Source: Phoronis australis (Eukaryota; Animalia; Phoronida). Taken from it: a stretch of 64,000 nt of DNA. The number at the start of each line of letters is the position of its first letter. Position 1 is the first letter of the stretch. Under the pieces are notes generated by a model. It was not told the origin of the DNA. It did not search any database and was given only the letters and a program-made list of their open reading frames with translations. Position numbers and translations under genes: made by a program. Shown in pieces: positions 63,513 to 64,000 of the stretch. The DNA lies in assembly GCA_002633005.1 (NCBI GenBank), contig NMRA01000868.1, forward strand, positions 1 through 64,000, read 5' to 3'.

Positions 63513-63632
63513 TTTGCCACTGCACTTTGTGTGTGTGTTCTTCTAATTTGAATACGCTGAGTGAGAATATTTTCTTCATCTAAAAGCATGGAAAATAGAA
63601 AAAAATCGGCTTTTGATATTAGCACAAGATCT

Positions 63633-63871
63633 GGGGCCCGTTCCAGAATTTACTTAACTTCATTTTTTACTTATGTCTCAACTTCCAAACATTGAAATTT
63701 CCACTTCCGGAAAATTAGTCAAAATAATAAAACGAAACTTAAGTCAAAAACTTAAGTCACACCTAAAACCCCTTTCTTGAAACGGACTTGAGACAAATTT
63801 GAGTTTTATCGTAAAAATGAATGAAATTTAAGACTTGTCTTAGCTAAGTTAGTTTTCTTGGAACGGGTCCC
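63633..63871. mobile_element. Small MITE (GGGGCCCGTTCCA... TIR, Harbinger-type ends) with cttaag-rich subrepeats
   Basis: ggggcccgttccagaa versus ttcttggaacgggtccc. Confidence 0.6.
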
Positions 63872-64000
63872 TCGAAGCCATCTTCAGTTAAGGCGAACTG
63901 TAACATAAAGTTATCGTAAAGCGTTCTTCACTAGTGTACGGTCTTAGCAAATGAGTAAGTCGAATGAATAACAAAATAGTGTTCGTGGGAAATTTGACTT

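Noticed and set aside
1-64000. CRISPR arrays, tRNA/rRNA genes, prokaryotic operons or a protease domain after the kringles
   Set aside because: None seen. The DNA is spliceosomal-intron eukaryotic sequence, and no trypsin-like motif (e.g. GDSGGP) appears in the ORF track, so plasminogen/HGF-type naming is unsupported.

Overview
AT-rich, repeat-laden genomic DNA from an invertebrate animal (lophotrochozoan-like; organism not determinable from the sequence). One intact host gene spans almost the whole window on the minus strand. Its 8 coding exons (63512->10909, 1692 nt, 563 aa) all have GT-AG junctions with compatible phases. They encode signal peptide - WSC - WSC - Kringle - Kringle - Kringle - C-terminal GPI-like signal, a Kremen-like domain pair in reversed order and multiplied. 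The introns and the region beyond the gene hold mostly degenerate transposons: DIRS, LINEs, a BEL/Pao element plus solo LTR, Harbinger, a P-element-like family with perfect 8-bp TSDs, a Penelope fragment with an intact hammerhead ribozyme, a Gypsy element containing two nested Kolobok elements, and a Helentron-type element with a satellite. A 1.2-kb foldback element has inverted terminal hairpins whose cores are in direct orientation. Family assignments rest on recognised motifs; no database searches were run.
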